Numbered from the stretch's first letter, positions 23,547 through 36,548 are shown. The stretch is DNA of 64,000 nt from Balanoglossus misakiensis (GCA_040954595.2 CM082587.2:10483403-10547402); one strand, 5' to 3'. Notes: generated by a model not told the origin, from the sequence alone. Translations and numbers: made by a program.

Positions 23547-24773
23547 ACATTTTTTTACAACGTATTTTAGTTCATTTTTGGTATAATACTACCAGTAATT
23601 TTTATTATACACCTACTTTTCATTATTATTATTATTGTTATTATTGTTATTAAAGTAATTGAGTTTTGACGAAGATGTTGTGATAAGGAGCACGTTGTCC
23701 GTAATTCGTAGACATTCGTATTGCTTTCCTAAAAATATCGGGAACTATGTGCAGCTTCGTGAAAGAAGTAAAATTAAAAAGTAATCATACCCGTAAAGCA
23801 ACTAACGAGGTGTCCCAAAGCAATGCAATGCTATTCTAAACATTTCTATTCTAAGATTTATTTGGTTTGCTCGAATGAATTGCACAGCCTAAGCTTCGTA
23901 TTCAGCCAGGTGCTACACGAAGTGACGCGCTGAAAGGCATTACGTAACAAAACACTAAACCCCCACAGGAAATAAAATACAAAATTTCTCATGGCAATGT
24001 TTTTTTCGAGTATCTAGTTCACAGTATCACATAAAATGCCATGAATAGTGAAGGAATTATGAAACAAGGTGAAATCCAATCATTATATGAGTGCCTTTCT
24101 TTATACACTGGGATCGATCGCGAGCTTCGACCACGCGCAGGCAGCATGCCAGACAGAATACGACAACAGTATTCAGAAAGTACAAAAGACTTTGCATAAC
24201 GAGGCAGTGAAAACTGGAGACCTACACATTAACCAATCAGGGAGCTGAAAATTGAATAAATACATATTAATAAGACCTAACCTACAAGGTCCTCCATAAT
24301 GAGGCAGTGAACGCTGGAAGACCAGACCTACACATTAACCAATCAGGGAGCTGTAAAGTGAATAATACATAGTAATAAGACCTAACCTACAAGGTCTAAT
24401 GAATAATACATAATAATAAGACCTAACACATAAGGTCCCTCCAATCAGCGTGCCGCAAGTGGACCTAAGATTACCAGATGGACCAATCACAGATGTCAGT
24501 ACATATGTCATGGACCTGACTTATGAAACAGGACTATTCAGGTGCATTCTCTTCTGTGTATTTTATTTCAGTTATTTACTGTTCAGGTCTTCTAGTAGAG
24601 AATGTAAACCCTTGCTTCAACCAATTACGGAGCTGCAATCAGACCAACTGTATTATAAATTTATGATCTATGTTATACAGATATAGGACATTTTGTCTTT
24701 CACCGTGTTTACACTGGGTAAAATGAGAAACATTTCAGATACCAGTTTCAGGCAGGGAAAAATTTGAGACACT

Positions 24774-25307
24774 ATGGCGGATCCAGTGATGTGTTTACTG
24801 TATATGGTACTCTTGAATTAGCTTTTTAAACGTCGTCGACGCCGATTTCATGGGCATTTGAATGACCCGATACCCGTTTATGGTAACCTTTCATTGGAGG
24901 TTGCGATTGGAAGACTGCAGTCCATGCTACAAAATCGTCGTCAGAGGTCGAGTTTGCAATTCCTGTGTATGTGCCTTGGCCATTTCCGCGTCACTCCAAT
25001 TGTTGCCTCGAGACACTGCTTCGGCCATTGTTTTAGTAAAGTGAACCTCGACGCTTAATGCGGCGCTTAATGAGACAAACCGCATCGGCAGAGTGCGTTT
25101 AGATCGGCGTTTAGTGCGGTGTTTCTGTTCACACGTGATTTGAATCGCTGCTTAGTGCGGCGCCCCGACGAAGGTCCCACCCCTCAACACCATCCGAAAA
25201 AGACCGGCGCAGGGCCGCTCTCACCTTTTCACACGTGGCACTTACAAATTAACGCCGCCCTAGGGCCGCCGCTGGGGCTGCGTTGACGGCACCTGTGAAA
25301 GGCACTA
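24774..25307 (+). mobile_element. 5'-truncated copy of the 25334 MITE
   Basis: Near-identical to 25498-26030 and begins at the ATG. Confidence 0.85.
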
Positions 25308-25333
25308 AAGCTAAAACGTTCCAGGAAGACTTA

Positions 25334-26030
25334 AGCCGCTTGCACACGTGCCATGGTTAGGGCGCCCTTTTTGGGATTATAAAAGTTGGTAAACATTTCT
25401 TATCAGCGACTCAAATAGTTTTGCATTCACATGTGTATAAAAGGGACGGGGTCATCGCCCTCTACGCACGTCAACAGCAGCGTGGCTAAAGGTCACAATG
25501 GCGGATCCAGTGATGTGTTTACTGTATATGGTACTCTTGAATTTGCTTTTTAAACGTCGTCGACGCCGATTTCATGGGCATTTGAATGACCCGATACCCG
25601 TTTATGGTAACCTTTCATTGGAGGTTGCGATTGGAAGACTGCAGTCCATGCTACAAAATCGTCGTCGGAGATCGAGTTTGCAATTCCTGTGTATGTGCCT
25701 TGGCCATTTCCGCGTCACTCCAATTGTTGCCTCGAGACACTGCTTCGGCCATTGTTTTAGTAAAGTGAACCTCAACGCTTAATGCGGCGCTTAATGAGAC
25801 AAACCGCCTCGGCAGAGTGCGTTTAAATCGGCGTTTAGTGCGGTGTTTCTGTTCACACGTGATTTGAATCGCTGCTTAGTGCGGCGCCCCGACGAAGGTC
25901 CCACCCCTCAACACCATCCGAAAAAGACCGGCGCAGGGCCGCTCTCACCTTTTCACGCGTGGCACTTACAAATTAACGCCGCCCTAGGGCCGCTGCTGGG
26001 GCCGCGTTGACGGCACGTGTGAAAGGCACT
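25334..26030 (+). mobile_element. Harbinger-type non-autonomous element with TTA TSD
   Basis: TTA|AGCCGCTTGCACACGTGCC ... GGCACGTGTGAAAGGCACT|TTA; internal MADPVM..LLFKRRRRR resembles a transposase N-terminal stub. Confidence 0.75.
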
Positions 26031-26181
26031 TTAAACTGTTCACATATTTTATGTCAATATTTGAGTTGAGATGTTTCAGAAACCTTTCAATGGTCCCTAT
26101 GTGAATGCCTTATTTTTAGTTCCTTTGTGTTGTATCTACAAACACATAAAAGTTTCAGCTTTTGCGATCAGTCAGAGCATA

Positions 26182-26362
26182 CAGTGAAACCTGTCATTAC
26201 AGACACCTCTCTAATCAGGACACCTCTCTATTAAGGACATTTTTTCATGACAAAAGTCACAGTTTGAATAGAATACAACCTGTCTATTAAGGACACCTCC
26301 CTATTAAGGACACATTTTCCAGTCCCAGAGCTAGAGGTTTCCTTAATAGACAGGTTTCACTG
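26182..26362. mobile_element. Tc1/mariner(pogo)-type MITE with TA TSD
   Basis: TA|CAGTGAAACCTGTC ... GACAGGTTTCACTG|TA; internal TATTAAGGACAC repeats. Confidence 0.88.
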
Positions 26363-26394
26363 TATTATCAAGCAGTCTGTTTGTCTATCGGTTG

Positions 26395-26396
<2 letters not shown>

Positions 26397-26428
<32 letters not shown>
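26397..26428. repeat. (GT)n microsatellite
   Basis: Direct observation. Confidence 0.95.
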
Positions 26429-26432
<4 letters not shown>

Positions 26433-27380
26433 CATCTCCACAAAAAAATCTGTAGAACTGCATGTACTTCATGAATCACAATATACACACTGTGACTGGC
26501 TATGAGGGTAACATGTGGATGACATGATGGTGTTATAATGCTATTAAGTGCAAATGTAAAACCTGGACTACAGGCAGGATTTTTGAAAGGACGGTAAATG
26601 TTGATGCAAAGAATGTTTGAGTCAGCCTATGCACTTGAACTCAAACATACAGAAAAATTTACAAATCTAAAAGTAACATTTTCATATGGAATTGTGTACT
26701 TTTGAAAATCATTTCAAAATCATGTTATAGACTTGTTGAAATGAATGTTGACTACATCTGAATAAAAAGAAACATGAAATTCAAGCGATAACTAGTATAC
26801 TTCTCTCTAGTTCACTCAAAATTTTGTATGGCTACTTGTACATAATCATGACATGATCAATAGGTCTGTTTCATGATCCCTACGTGACTTCTTGACTTGT
26901 ATTCATTGGTATGAATCCACTATTTTGATTTAAAACTCCGTAAGTGCCAATCATATTCACTGAATTGAATTCCCATTTTGTTCTATTTTTGGAAAACAAC
27001 TTTTTTCCATGTATAGCTCGCGCTATTTTTACCGGGCTCATAACTTCTACCCAACATTATTTGGGCGATACTATTTTGTGGTAGGTGTCACTGCACGCCA
27101 GTCTGGTAAACATGCAGTTACTGGCCTTCTGATTTACATGTATATATTACTAGGTTCTCACATAGACTATGGTTCTCACTTGTTGCAACAGAGATATAGA
27201 AATCGAATGGTTTAGGCTGGTAAACACCGATGGATTAACTCTTAAATCCATTGTGCGTCCAAATACAGTCGAGTCGGTTTGGTCATTGTTCATGCAACAG
27301 TAAACGCCAAATGTGACAGAAGCGTCATAGAATACACAAACAAACAAACACACAAATAAACAAACAAGCAAACAAACATT

Positions 27381-27641
27381 AGGAACTGTTCAGAATTTAC
27401 TTCCAGGGTGGGGCCGGAGGATTTTTTATTTTCCTGGTGATTTTTTTTCACGGTCCCCCCCCCCCCCTACTGAATTGTGGAGGAAATCTGTGGTCCCCCC
27501 TTAAATTTCCTCGTTTTTTTCCATGGTCCCCCTTAAAGGATTGTGATTTTTATGTCTGTTCCCCCCTAATTTTTCTTGGAGAAAATGGGTGGTCCCCCCT
27601 CAAAATCCTCCGCCCCCGGAAGTAAATTCTGAACAGTCCCT
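27381..27641. mobile_element. MITE with AGGAACTGTTCAGAATTTACTTCC TIRs
   Basis: Right end GGAAGTAAATTCTGAACAGTCCCT; internal GGTCCCCCC repeats. Confidence 0.8.
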
Positions 27642-30041
27642 TTAATATTAAAGCCAACAGCTAGAACCCTGGCTTCTCTGCCAGAGGAGTGACAACATCA
27701 ACATAATGCAGATACACAAGAAATAAGCAGTATATTCCACAAGTGAAGAACCCCAGTTACAGACGTAACGAACAAACAAACTACCAACAACAAAGCAAGA
27801 AATTAAAAGTGTTAAGCGTCGTCAAAGAAAACGAAAAAGTTCTAGCATGGTGGGTAATAGACTCTCTCACAGCCCACGTTCGCTACAAGGCTCTTCACTG
27901 ATGCGCCCTCAACTGTTTAGAAAAGGAGAAGCCCCATATGGGGTTGTGTAGCGAACCTGCATGCAATCAGTCCATAAGCCTGCATGGACGGCAAGAGGGG
28001 CTGCGAGAGAGTCTAGGTGGGTAAAAGTTATTGGTACAAAACGATAAAACGACAAAACGTCTCAGACCCGCAAACACCACCAGAACACAAAACACATGCA
28101 CAGAACAGTTTAAGCCGGTTGTTGTACGGAGCAGCAACAATCTGCGGTTGGGCCATCGTAGATTTTCGCTGGTGGTGAAAATAAATAAAACACGACCGAG
28201 GTTCGATTTATTCCGGATCACATGCGTTTACGGCCAGGAGAGCGCGTCAAAGTCTTCAAATGACCATGTGGTGGCGCACTTTTTTCGATTGGCTGTATTT
28301 CAATTTGTCCGTGGTAAATTTAATGTGTGCAGGTGACCGGCCACTGAAAACCTTAGTTAAGATGAGGTGGGATGGAAAAATGTCCCATTGACTCATTTGA
28401 GCTATTTTAAAATATACGACTATTTATAAACAAAAAGAAAAAGACAAGCGCAAAAACATACCAAACCTAGTAAAGCGGGTTCAACATAACATTAACTCAT
28501 CGACTTCATATCGTCTTCATACCATGGTTTTTGCCTGCCCCGAATGCTCGTACTCGTGAAAGTTCTTGTCGTTGCAGAAGTGGTTTTGAAAGAAAGAATT
28601 TAGTCGTCCGGGATGTTCGTGATTTTTTGAACACCAGACAATACAATGCAACCTAGTCTCCCAAAATACTTACCAGTATTGCATAATCTTACCATGGTCA
28701 GGCCTACAGTGAGCAAATTTTCAACAATATATTCTGAGTTACCGCTGATATTTGTTTTGTAGTATGGATATTAAATTATACATCCCGATACAAAACAGAA
28801 TGTTATAGAATCCTTCCTGAGTGATATTGAAAAAATTACCGGAATGCTATAGCCTAATCTGTGGTTAGGGTTATTGCTATTCTTTTATATCAGTAATCGA
28901 TTTTGTGGTATATCAATGTCATTTTCATAACGAAAATGAACTCGAGTCTAATGTAAACGTTACGAATTTATCGAAAGGCGCTCTGATGAATGTTAACACG
29001 AGTGCGCAGTGACAAGACATGCATCGTGCATGACAGTGACAACAGTTCCTATAGAGCAGTTAAAAAATAAACCGGCCGTCCGTAAATTTATCAGCTATAT
29101 TTTTTTATTTATTTAGTCACGTTTTCCCTGTTGCATGCTATTAGTTCAGGGGCCAGTTTTAGCAGTGCTCTATTGAGTACTTTCGTATCGATGGATTGAG
29201 CTCTCGTCCAATCAGAATGGCGGATGGTAGCATGATCCGACATATTGCGTATTACAATAGGGCTTCCTCATACAGGTCAGAACGGAGAGGTCATTCCTTT
29301 TATTTTAGGACGTCTCAGCTCCTTTGTCTTTTCTATTATATTTGACAAATGCGGATTGACGTTCCATTTCCACATGGCCATAACTGATATTTATTTGTAT
29401 TTCATAGCATAAGCGCTTGCTATTTGTTTTTTCGCAATTTTTTTGTAGTACAAAAACACTGAAGAAAACGAAATATTTTATTCATTCGCACTTCCAAAGA
29501 ACGCCGTGACAGAATTCATCAATTTGCATTTCAGTTTGTGTGTCTTGTGTGTCTGCATTGACGTGAGGCGCATTCTCCACCTGCACACATACGTTGCACT
29601 GCATACTTTGACTAATTAGTGTGATGTCATATTGAAGCAGGATTCTGATTGAGTAGTAACTAATTTGCATAATTGACGCACAGGTGGTGCCTCGTTTTCG
29701 TACCGCTGACCGTTGCATTTGAAAAATCATTGCAGCTTTGACGTTCATCAAGCATGGAGGTCCCGGTCGCCTCCATGCTTGATGATGTCGTTTCTCTGGT
29801 AAGCATGGCATTTAATGTTATTTTACAAGCACATGTACACTCCTTCTAGCAAAAACTGGTCGTGGTAGGGCGAGAGTGTCCTCCCAACATCTAAATTCTG
29901 ACTTTGGGAAGCGTTACAGCGTCGAACAGTAACCTCACTGTCGCATGGAATTTATGCGTTGTTTGACACCGTGCGAGTAAATTGTACGTGGTTCGTGGCC
30001 TCGAGTCAGCTTTGTTGTTGTGGGGCAGGTGGTACCGTTGC

Positions 30042-30621
30042 ACCACAGGGGGCTCTCCCTCCGCGATTTTATTGTTTGTTTGTTTGTTGTTGTTGTTGTT
30101 GTTAGGTTAGGTTAGGTAGGTATTGAGCGCAGGCTCTTCACAGTGCCTTTAAGCTCAACTAAATATTCATCTTGGATTGTTATGCCAGTCCGGGTCTATG
30201 AATGTAACCAACGGAGTAGTCATATTTCATTGGTTGACTACTGTTGATTGGCATAATAAACAAATAAATATTTCTTTATTAATAAATATGGTTTGTTGAC
30301 ATGTAGGGGTTAGGTTATTAGGGTATATTCGACAGGTTATGGTATATTCAACGGTTAGGATTAGTGTTGGCATTTTTTCGATCCACGGTCGGTATCACCC
30401 TCTCTTTGTGGCTTAGTGATGCCCGGGGCCGTGGATCGAAAAAAATGCCAACACTAATCCTAACCGTTGAATATACCTTAACCTGTCGAATATACCCTAA
30501 CACTTACATGTCAACAAACCATATTTATTAATAAAGAAATATGTATTTGTTTATTATGCCAATCAACAACAACAAACAAACAAACAAACAATAAAATCGC
30601 GGAGGGAGAGCCCCCTGTGGT
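30042..30621. repeat. Long inverted repeat (foldback element)
   Basis: Outer arms ACCACAGGGGGCTCTCCCTCCGCGATTTTATTG and its complement; inner arms ~30244-30398 and ~30416-30567; ~140 bp extra in the left arm. Confidence 0.9.
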
Positions 30622-31967
30622 AACACACTACAGTATAGGCCCTAACTTTTAAGGCAAAGCGATAGCGAATAAACTGACCAGAATTAGTTTTGTTGTTGGG
30701 GAGATTTTTGGCACCATTGAGACTGTTATAAGCTACCAGTGTGAGCTATGACATAGCCATTAACACGCAGCCCTGCCACGCAGAGCTTCTATGACTGGTT
30801 ATTAACTTCTATGTCTATTTGATTCACAGATGCTGCCTGAAATTGTCTGCATTTCAACTCGGGATTCTCTTCCTCGTCCGGGGCGAGTTTAAGACCGCTC
30901 AATGGTAAGCATGACTTGCTGTATATTTGCTTTTATCGGGCGTTGCAACCGAGACAATAGGAAGCAATGTATGTCTACGAACTAATTTACACATTCCAGT
31001 TATCAATACTTTTTTTCCCCTTCGAATTCTGGCCTCGATTGCCTGTGCTAGAAATTACTCCCATACCAATACACGAGGAGAGACTGTAATTTTGGCTGAA
31101 AGTGTGCTAGTCCAACACTATGCTTAATCAAACTGGCTAAGAGATCTGTTATTATATTAGACACATGAAGGAGAGTAATGTTGTTTAGAGTGACATAAAA
31201 CAATACTTTAGGCCAGAAAGAAAAATGTAAATCATGACACAAACAGGCTGGATATTTTTTCTGACCCTACATTACACCATGTTTTGCATATTTTCACTAA
31301 TTAGTATGGCCCACATAATTCTAAAGCAAGGTTGATTGGTTATTAATTAATATGCATATATTTGATTCACAGTCTTAAACACAGCATTTCAACGTATGCC
31401 GGAGGAGGAAGAGAATACCTAGGCCTGATCCAAGACCGCTTTCCGGTAAGCACAACTTGCTGTATACATGCTCCATAGCTTGTTTGTAAATGCTACCCTT
31501 TCCCATCAAATAGTGAAGTCACCCTTTTAAAATTATGGTGGTGGCAAGCCACAACTGGTTATCATGGTGAGTTGGACACCACTAATAATCATTTGAATAT
31601 TTTCCACTTGGTAACCTTTATGTACCACTATCCTCAACAATTTCAGTCAACAAGATTCATATTGCGCTGTATAGCAAGGCCAAACAATGACTGATTGATA
31701 GGGATTTATCTGAAAATGTGACAAAATCAACAAATAAAGAATAATCAGTCACCAATCATGCATTATGTGTTATTCGAGGGAACCTGAGCGGGTCCCATAA
31801 ACCTGCCAACCCATGCTAGCCATGACTTTACAAATGTTTCCGTCATACTATGCAGAAAATTCTGGCTGCCTTAAATAGGTTTCCACTTTGTGGTAGGGGG
31901 TCAAATCTCATTGCATTCTGGGCGGAAAGTCCACAACCAACTGTAGTAAGAGATTGAAGAAATGATA

Positions 31968-32631
31968 TAATAATACTTTATTTCAGACTTTAAAAAAAAA
32001 GTCCATATACCCAAAAGAGAGAAGAAAAAAAGAAAACAAAAACACTAATGAAAATACTCTGGAAAATCTGAAACCGAGACACGCACACACAAAAAAAAAA
32101 CTCTGCAAAATTACATGATATACAATTGCTTTCGCCAATGTTTGAAAAATATGCTGTCAGTCGCTCTATCTGATGAACAGATCGCATCAAGTAAAACATT
32201 AGAAGAATTTTCGAGTCTACGCTTAAAACTGTACATATTGCGTCTAAAAACTTCACCAAGTGACAATACATGGTTTGTAGCAAACATACCCGATGCACTG
32301 CAAAATGGCGGAAGACCGAGAAGTCTTCTCCAAACATTATTGTACATAGTTTTAAATTTTTTCATCGGTTTAACTTTAAAGGATGCCCACAAACTGCAGC
32401 AGTAAATATTACTACAATATGCCAAAATAAAACTTTCTTCACATCTTGACTACAATGTTGAAAATGCTTCAATAGCATGTTTGCTCTAACGCAAAATGCT
32501 CTTCTCTGTCGTTCAATATCTTCATTATCACAACCATCACAAGATATTACATGGCCCAGATAGGTGTGTACAGGTACAAACTTCAAAGTGATGTCATTAA
32601 GTTTAACCGAAGGAATTCTTTGAACTCTCAT
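31968..32631 (-). mobile_element. 5'-truncated LINE (RT C-terminal region, possibly RTE-X-like), frameshifted
   Basis: TYLGHVI..DIERQRR..RANML..F..CSQDVKKVLF / AYC..YCCSLW..YNNVWRRLL..SASGMF; AATAAA plus a TAT tail; absent from copy B. Confidence 0.85.
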
Positions 32632-32766
32632 ATTTTGTATTTCATATGTTTACTGTATTTCATGACTTCCTTTGGTCAAACATTTCTGTCTCTGTAGTTA
32701 TTTTTTCTGTTAAAAAGTTCAAGAATGACCCATCATCATTTTAGCTTATGAACTCCCATTTCTTTA

Positions 32767-33516
32767 GGCTGCATTCACAAACACCTCTGGAGGGGGGGGG
32801 GGGGGCAGGAGAATTGAGGGGGGGATTTGAAAAAATTGAGGGTATGTAAGGGGGGGATTTGAAATAATTTAGGGACTGAAAGGGGGGGACTTGAAAACTT
32901 TGACGACTAAATATTTATTTTGAGTCCACAAAAATGCAGTTTCGCGCCCTTTATTTTACAAAATTTTCTAACCCCCTCCATTCATCAGCACCTTTCTATC
33001 ATTGACTGGTTTGTCTAGTGTTCCAGGTCAGGGGATTTGCCCCCACCCCATGATAACTTTGAGCGGCGACGGTTAAATTTGTCCTCCCCAACATACCGGT
33101 AGTTGAGTTAATTTGCTTTTGCCGGGTTCATTAAAATGCAGCTTTGAGCTCTGTATTTTATAAAATTTTCTTACGTAGGAGGGGGACACCCCCTCCCACC
33201 CCCTTCAATTCTCGGTTTACAATGTCTCCCAACACAGAATACAAATACTTAAAAATAAAAACAATGTTCAGTGAGGGGGTACATCAGTTTCAAATTCTTT
33301 TCATGGGAGCGCTGTTTTTCTTTTTTTACAAGATAGATAGGTGATGTGTTTTGCTCTGTGAAAGAAAATGGGTGGGGGGGGGGATTTGAAAATTTTAGCA
33401 GTTCGGAAGGGGGGATTTGAAAATATTTCAGGTTGTTGAGGGGGGCATGTGAAAATTAACGGTAAAAAAATTGAATTCTCCCGTCCCCCCCTCCAGAGGT
33501 GTTTGTGAATGCAGCC
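32767..33516 (+). mobile_element. Harbinger-type MITE with TTA TSD
   Basis: TTA|GGCTGCATTCACAAACACCTCTGGAGGG ... CCCTCCAGAGGTGTTTGTGAATGCAGCC|TTA. Confidence 0.92.
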
Positions 33517-35791
33517 TTAACATGGCAAAAATCGGCCATCTTGAAATTGTCGACCGTATGAGTTTTTCATCACTCATTTAGGGTAGCTTAAAACGTATTT
33601 AAAGTAGGGAGAATTGTATAGGCATGACTTGGGCTATAAATTTGATTTAATTGCTACATGCCTATTGTTCACAAGCAGCTGACTGTACTGAAGGACTGGA
33701 AGTTATGTGTACTTATTTTACATATTCAATATTTGTAATTAGACCATGTGATGTATATCTTGGGGATTGCTCGATCGCAATGTCTCTGCTGGTACAATGT
33801 CCTTTTATCATGTAATATGGTAGTAATTGTAAGTGTGTGCGGCATTTGTAAATTATTTACAATTTATAAATTATTTGTAAGTTTCTTCATTCTCAAATTG
33901 CTTGCCCAATTGCATTAAACTTTAAATTTTGGTATGATTTTGAGTAGGCTTTCTGTTTCAAAATTATTTTCTACACTTTTGAAATTTTTTGGTAAAATGA
34001 TGTAATTCGGTTGACAGGATTTGCACCATACCTCTAAATCATGAAGTACATGTATCAGAATTGCATCGGCACCCCCAAACAAAATTCTAGTCACCCTTGC
34101 CATGTAATATTAGCCATTGATGTCGGAAAGTTACAAAAATGTGTTGTCCAAGCACGTTGAAGGTACAAGTGGTTTTTACACAGGGCAGTAGGTGGGAGTT
34201 TGTCTAAATGAAGTTGTCATTGCCAAAATATGCAAATGAGCTGGGAAAGTGTCAAATTTGTCAAAACTCAGGAACTCAAAAACTACTGGGTAAATTGCTT
34301 TCAAATTCAAAATTGATATGCATGTAACTTATGGTAACCCCACACAGCCCTATATGTTGTCAGCTTATGTGAATTTCCAATTTTTATGCATTTTTTGTCT
34401 GCACATTATCGGTAAAAAAAATACTTTTCTGGAAGTGATCAGCTGACTTGTTTGAAATTTAGTATGAAGCTTCACAGGTGATCTGAGTTACCATAGTTTT
34501 GATTAAAGTGTTGCAAAATTTGTGTATTTTAATTTTGGAGCAATTTTTAGGTCCTATGGCATTTGGTTTGTGTGTATATATATATACGATTGGGACCTTA
34601 AGGAATGACATGCATCTGTATGTATGAATGAACGGATGAAAACTGCTGCACGTATCACTTCCATATTTAGTGTGTAGATGCAGTCGGAGCTGTAGGTGGG
34701 ATTTTGTTCAAATGAAGTTGTCATTGCCAAAAGTATTACCTGTGAAAATGTGAAATTGGTCAAAAGTCAGAAACTCAACAACCACTGGTCAGATTGATCT
34801 GAAAACCGGTATGTCAATGAACCCCACACAGTCCTGTATGTTTTGAGCTAATATTATGAATTTTCTAATGTTTATTAATTTTTTTGTCTTTTTCCACATT
34901 ATTGGTAAAAAAAAATCTTCACTTCTGAAAGCGATAGTCCGACTCCTTCAAAATTTAGTATGAAGCTTCCTATAGGTGGTCCGAGTTTCCATAGTTTTTG
35001 TTCAATTTGTTGTAAAATAGGCATATTTATAATTTTGAGCATTTTTGCCAATTTTGGTCAGAATGCTTTGCAATTTGGTAGGCAGATTCCCAGGGGTAAC
35101 CCAAGTAAGATGTCGTAAAAATTGTTAAAACTGCGTGCTTGTGTTATTGAGCATATTTTTGGCAATCTCTGCCAAAAACTGTTTTCTCTTAAACCGTTCA
35201 AGCCGTTGTCAGATTGCTTTGAACTTTTTTGATGGCTTTGAAATATGGTAGGAATATTCCTAGGGGTAACCAATTTTGTTATGATTGCTTTGGAAGTTAG
35301 TTAACAATTTCATAACACATGTATATGTACGTGCAACTTTGATTAAATTCTGGTTGTCAAAATAGTTTGTTGTAAATTTCTTTGTTTTTGGATTGCAAAT
35401 CTTCTTAACCAAATGTTCAGTTTCTTTGAAAGTTGCTGTTAACAAGGAGAGTTGGTACACCCAACTTAGACATGTTTAAATAACTTTAATATGCCAGCTG
35501 TTACAGAGACCACCAGCTATTCTATTTTGAATTAAAGAGTTTATTACACCTATCAAAAAATATTTTTCATTGTTTGACTGTAAACTAAAATTGCATTCAT
35601 GATTTGAATTCTGGTGTCGTTTTTTTTTTATTCTCGTCGATGAATAAATGTTACCCTAATAAATGTTCACTCCTTCAAAAAAATCTCTGTCTGAACGGCC
35701 CCGTTACATGTGACGTCATTGGGGGCTCTCCTTCGCTTTTAGTCTACAATTCATCGCATCGAGAGGCGTACATGTCGTCTACTTGACTTTT

Positions 35792-36065
35792 ATGGCGTCA
35801 ACGGTAAACACGGTCAGTGACGAGGCATTTTGTTGGGAGAGTATAAGATTCAGACAGTAGCGATGGAGAGTTTTGGGCTCTTCGTCGCTGCTTTCAAGGA
35901 AATTCCTGTCACAGCCGTATAGATTTGAACCAGCAAGGCGTGAGGTGAGGTCTCTCCTCAACCTGTTCGGGCTGGTGGGGAATCCGTCGATGTACCGAGC
36001 GAAGAAATGCCTGCAAGCGCGGGTCGAGATTCGCCAGAGTCTTCTCGAGTGGGAAATATAGATTG
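35792..36065 (+). pseudogene. KolX-like accessory gene first-exon relic
   Basis: QPYRFEP (35912-35932) and, after a frameshift, RVGNIDW followed by a GT donor at 36066. Confidence 0.6.
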
Positions 36066-36404
36066 GTGAATAAGCATCATTTTCTGTTTGTTTGTTTTTA
36101 TTTTACAATAAATATTCAGGGAGTGGTTCAGTGAAACTCAAATATTCTCGTAGCAGATCTGCCTCCTGATACGGAGGTCTGCGCTCGTCTGATCACCGAT
36201 ATATACACTAAGAACCCGGTGCGCGGCACTACGCCATGCCGACACGGTCCGTACTAAAACATCATTGCTGACATCTCAGTTGTGAAAAAAACGTAATGGG
36301 ACGACAAATTTCATACATAAATATCACAGATAAACTCCCTGTTCACAAGCGACCGATTACCCAAAACTGGCATAACACCGGTACAGTTCCATTCATCATT
36401 ACCT

Positions 36405-36548
36405 TTACGGTGATGTAGTGACCTTTGGGCCGTTTTGTACGAAGCGCTCCCATTTTTCTCTCAGTCCTTTGCTTTTCGGAAATCTATGTACACTATGTAC
36501 ACTACGGATAGTGTTTTTACAGCCCCCGACGACGCATCGTTTGATAAT
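36405..36548 (-). pseudogene. THAP-domain N-terminal relic of the Kolobok transposase
   Basis: KRCVVGGCKNT....HRFPKSKGLREKWERFV matches the THAP C-x4-C, FP and W motifs; the ATG is lost and the domain is truncated. Confidence 0.8.

Larger units (their letters stand above)
18874..24535. mobile_element. PIF/Harbinger-superfamily DNA transposon with ~300-bp TIRs and a 3-bp ATT TSD
   Basis: ATT|AGTCCTGTTTCA ... TGAAACAGGACT|ATT; inverted arms 18874-~19170 and ~24195-24535; two divergent genes inside. Confidence 0.9.
16698..24774. mobile_element. ~8.1-kb element bounded by TAGTGTCTCAAATTTT TIRs, hosting the Harbinger-like element
   Basis: Left TAGTGTCTCAAATTTTACCCTGTGTGAACCTGGTA versus reverse complement of the right end TAGTGTCTCAAATTTTTCCCTGCCTGAAACTGGTA (4 mismatches). 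No TSD is recognisable. Confidence 0.55.
30782..35470 (+). repeat. Copy A of a ~6.2-kb-period duplication
   Basis: Colinear with 37019-~41430 (e.g. ATGACTGGTTA.TAACTTCTATG and CAAGACCGCTTTCCGGTAAG), with indels. Confidence 0.85.

Noticed and set aside
28500-28660. Possible THAP-like stub on the minus strand
   Set aside because: Too degenerate; diagnostic residues are not convincingly present.
30100-30365. Telomeric repeats (TTAGG/TTAGGG)
   Set aside because: Only a few scattered units inside a foldback element.
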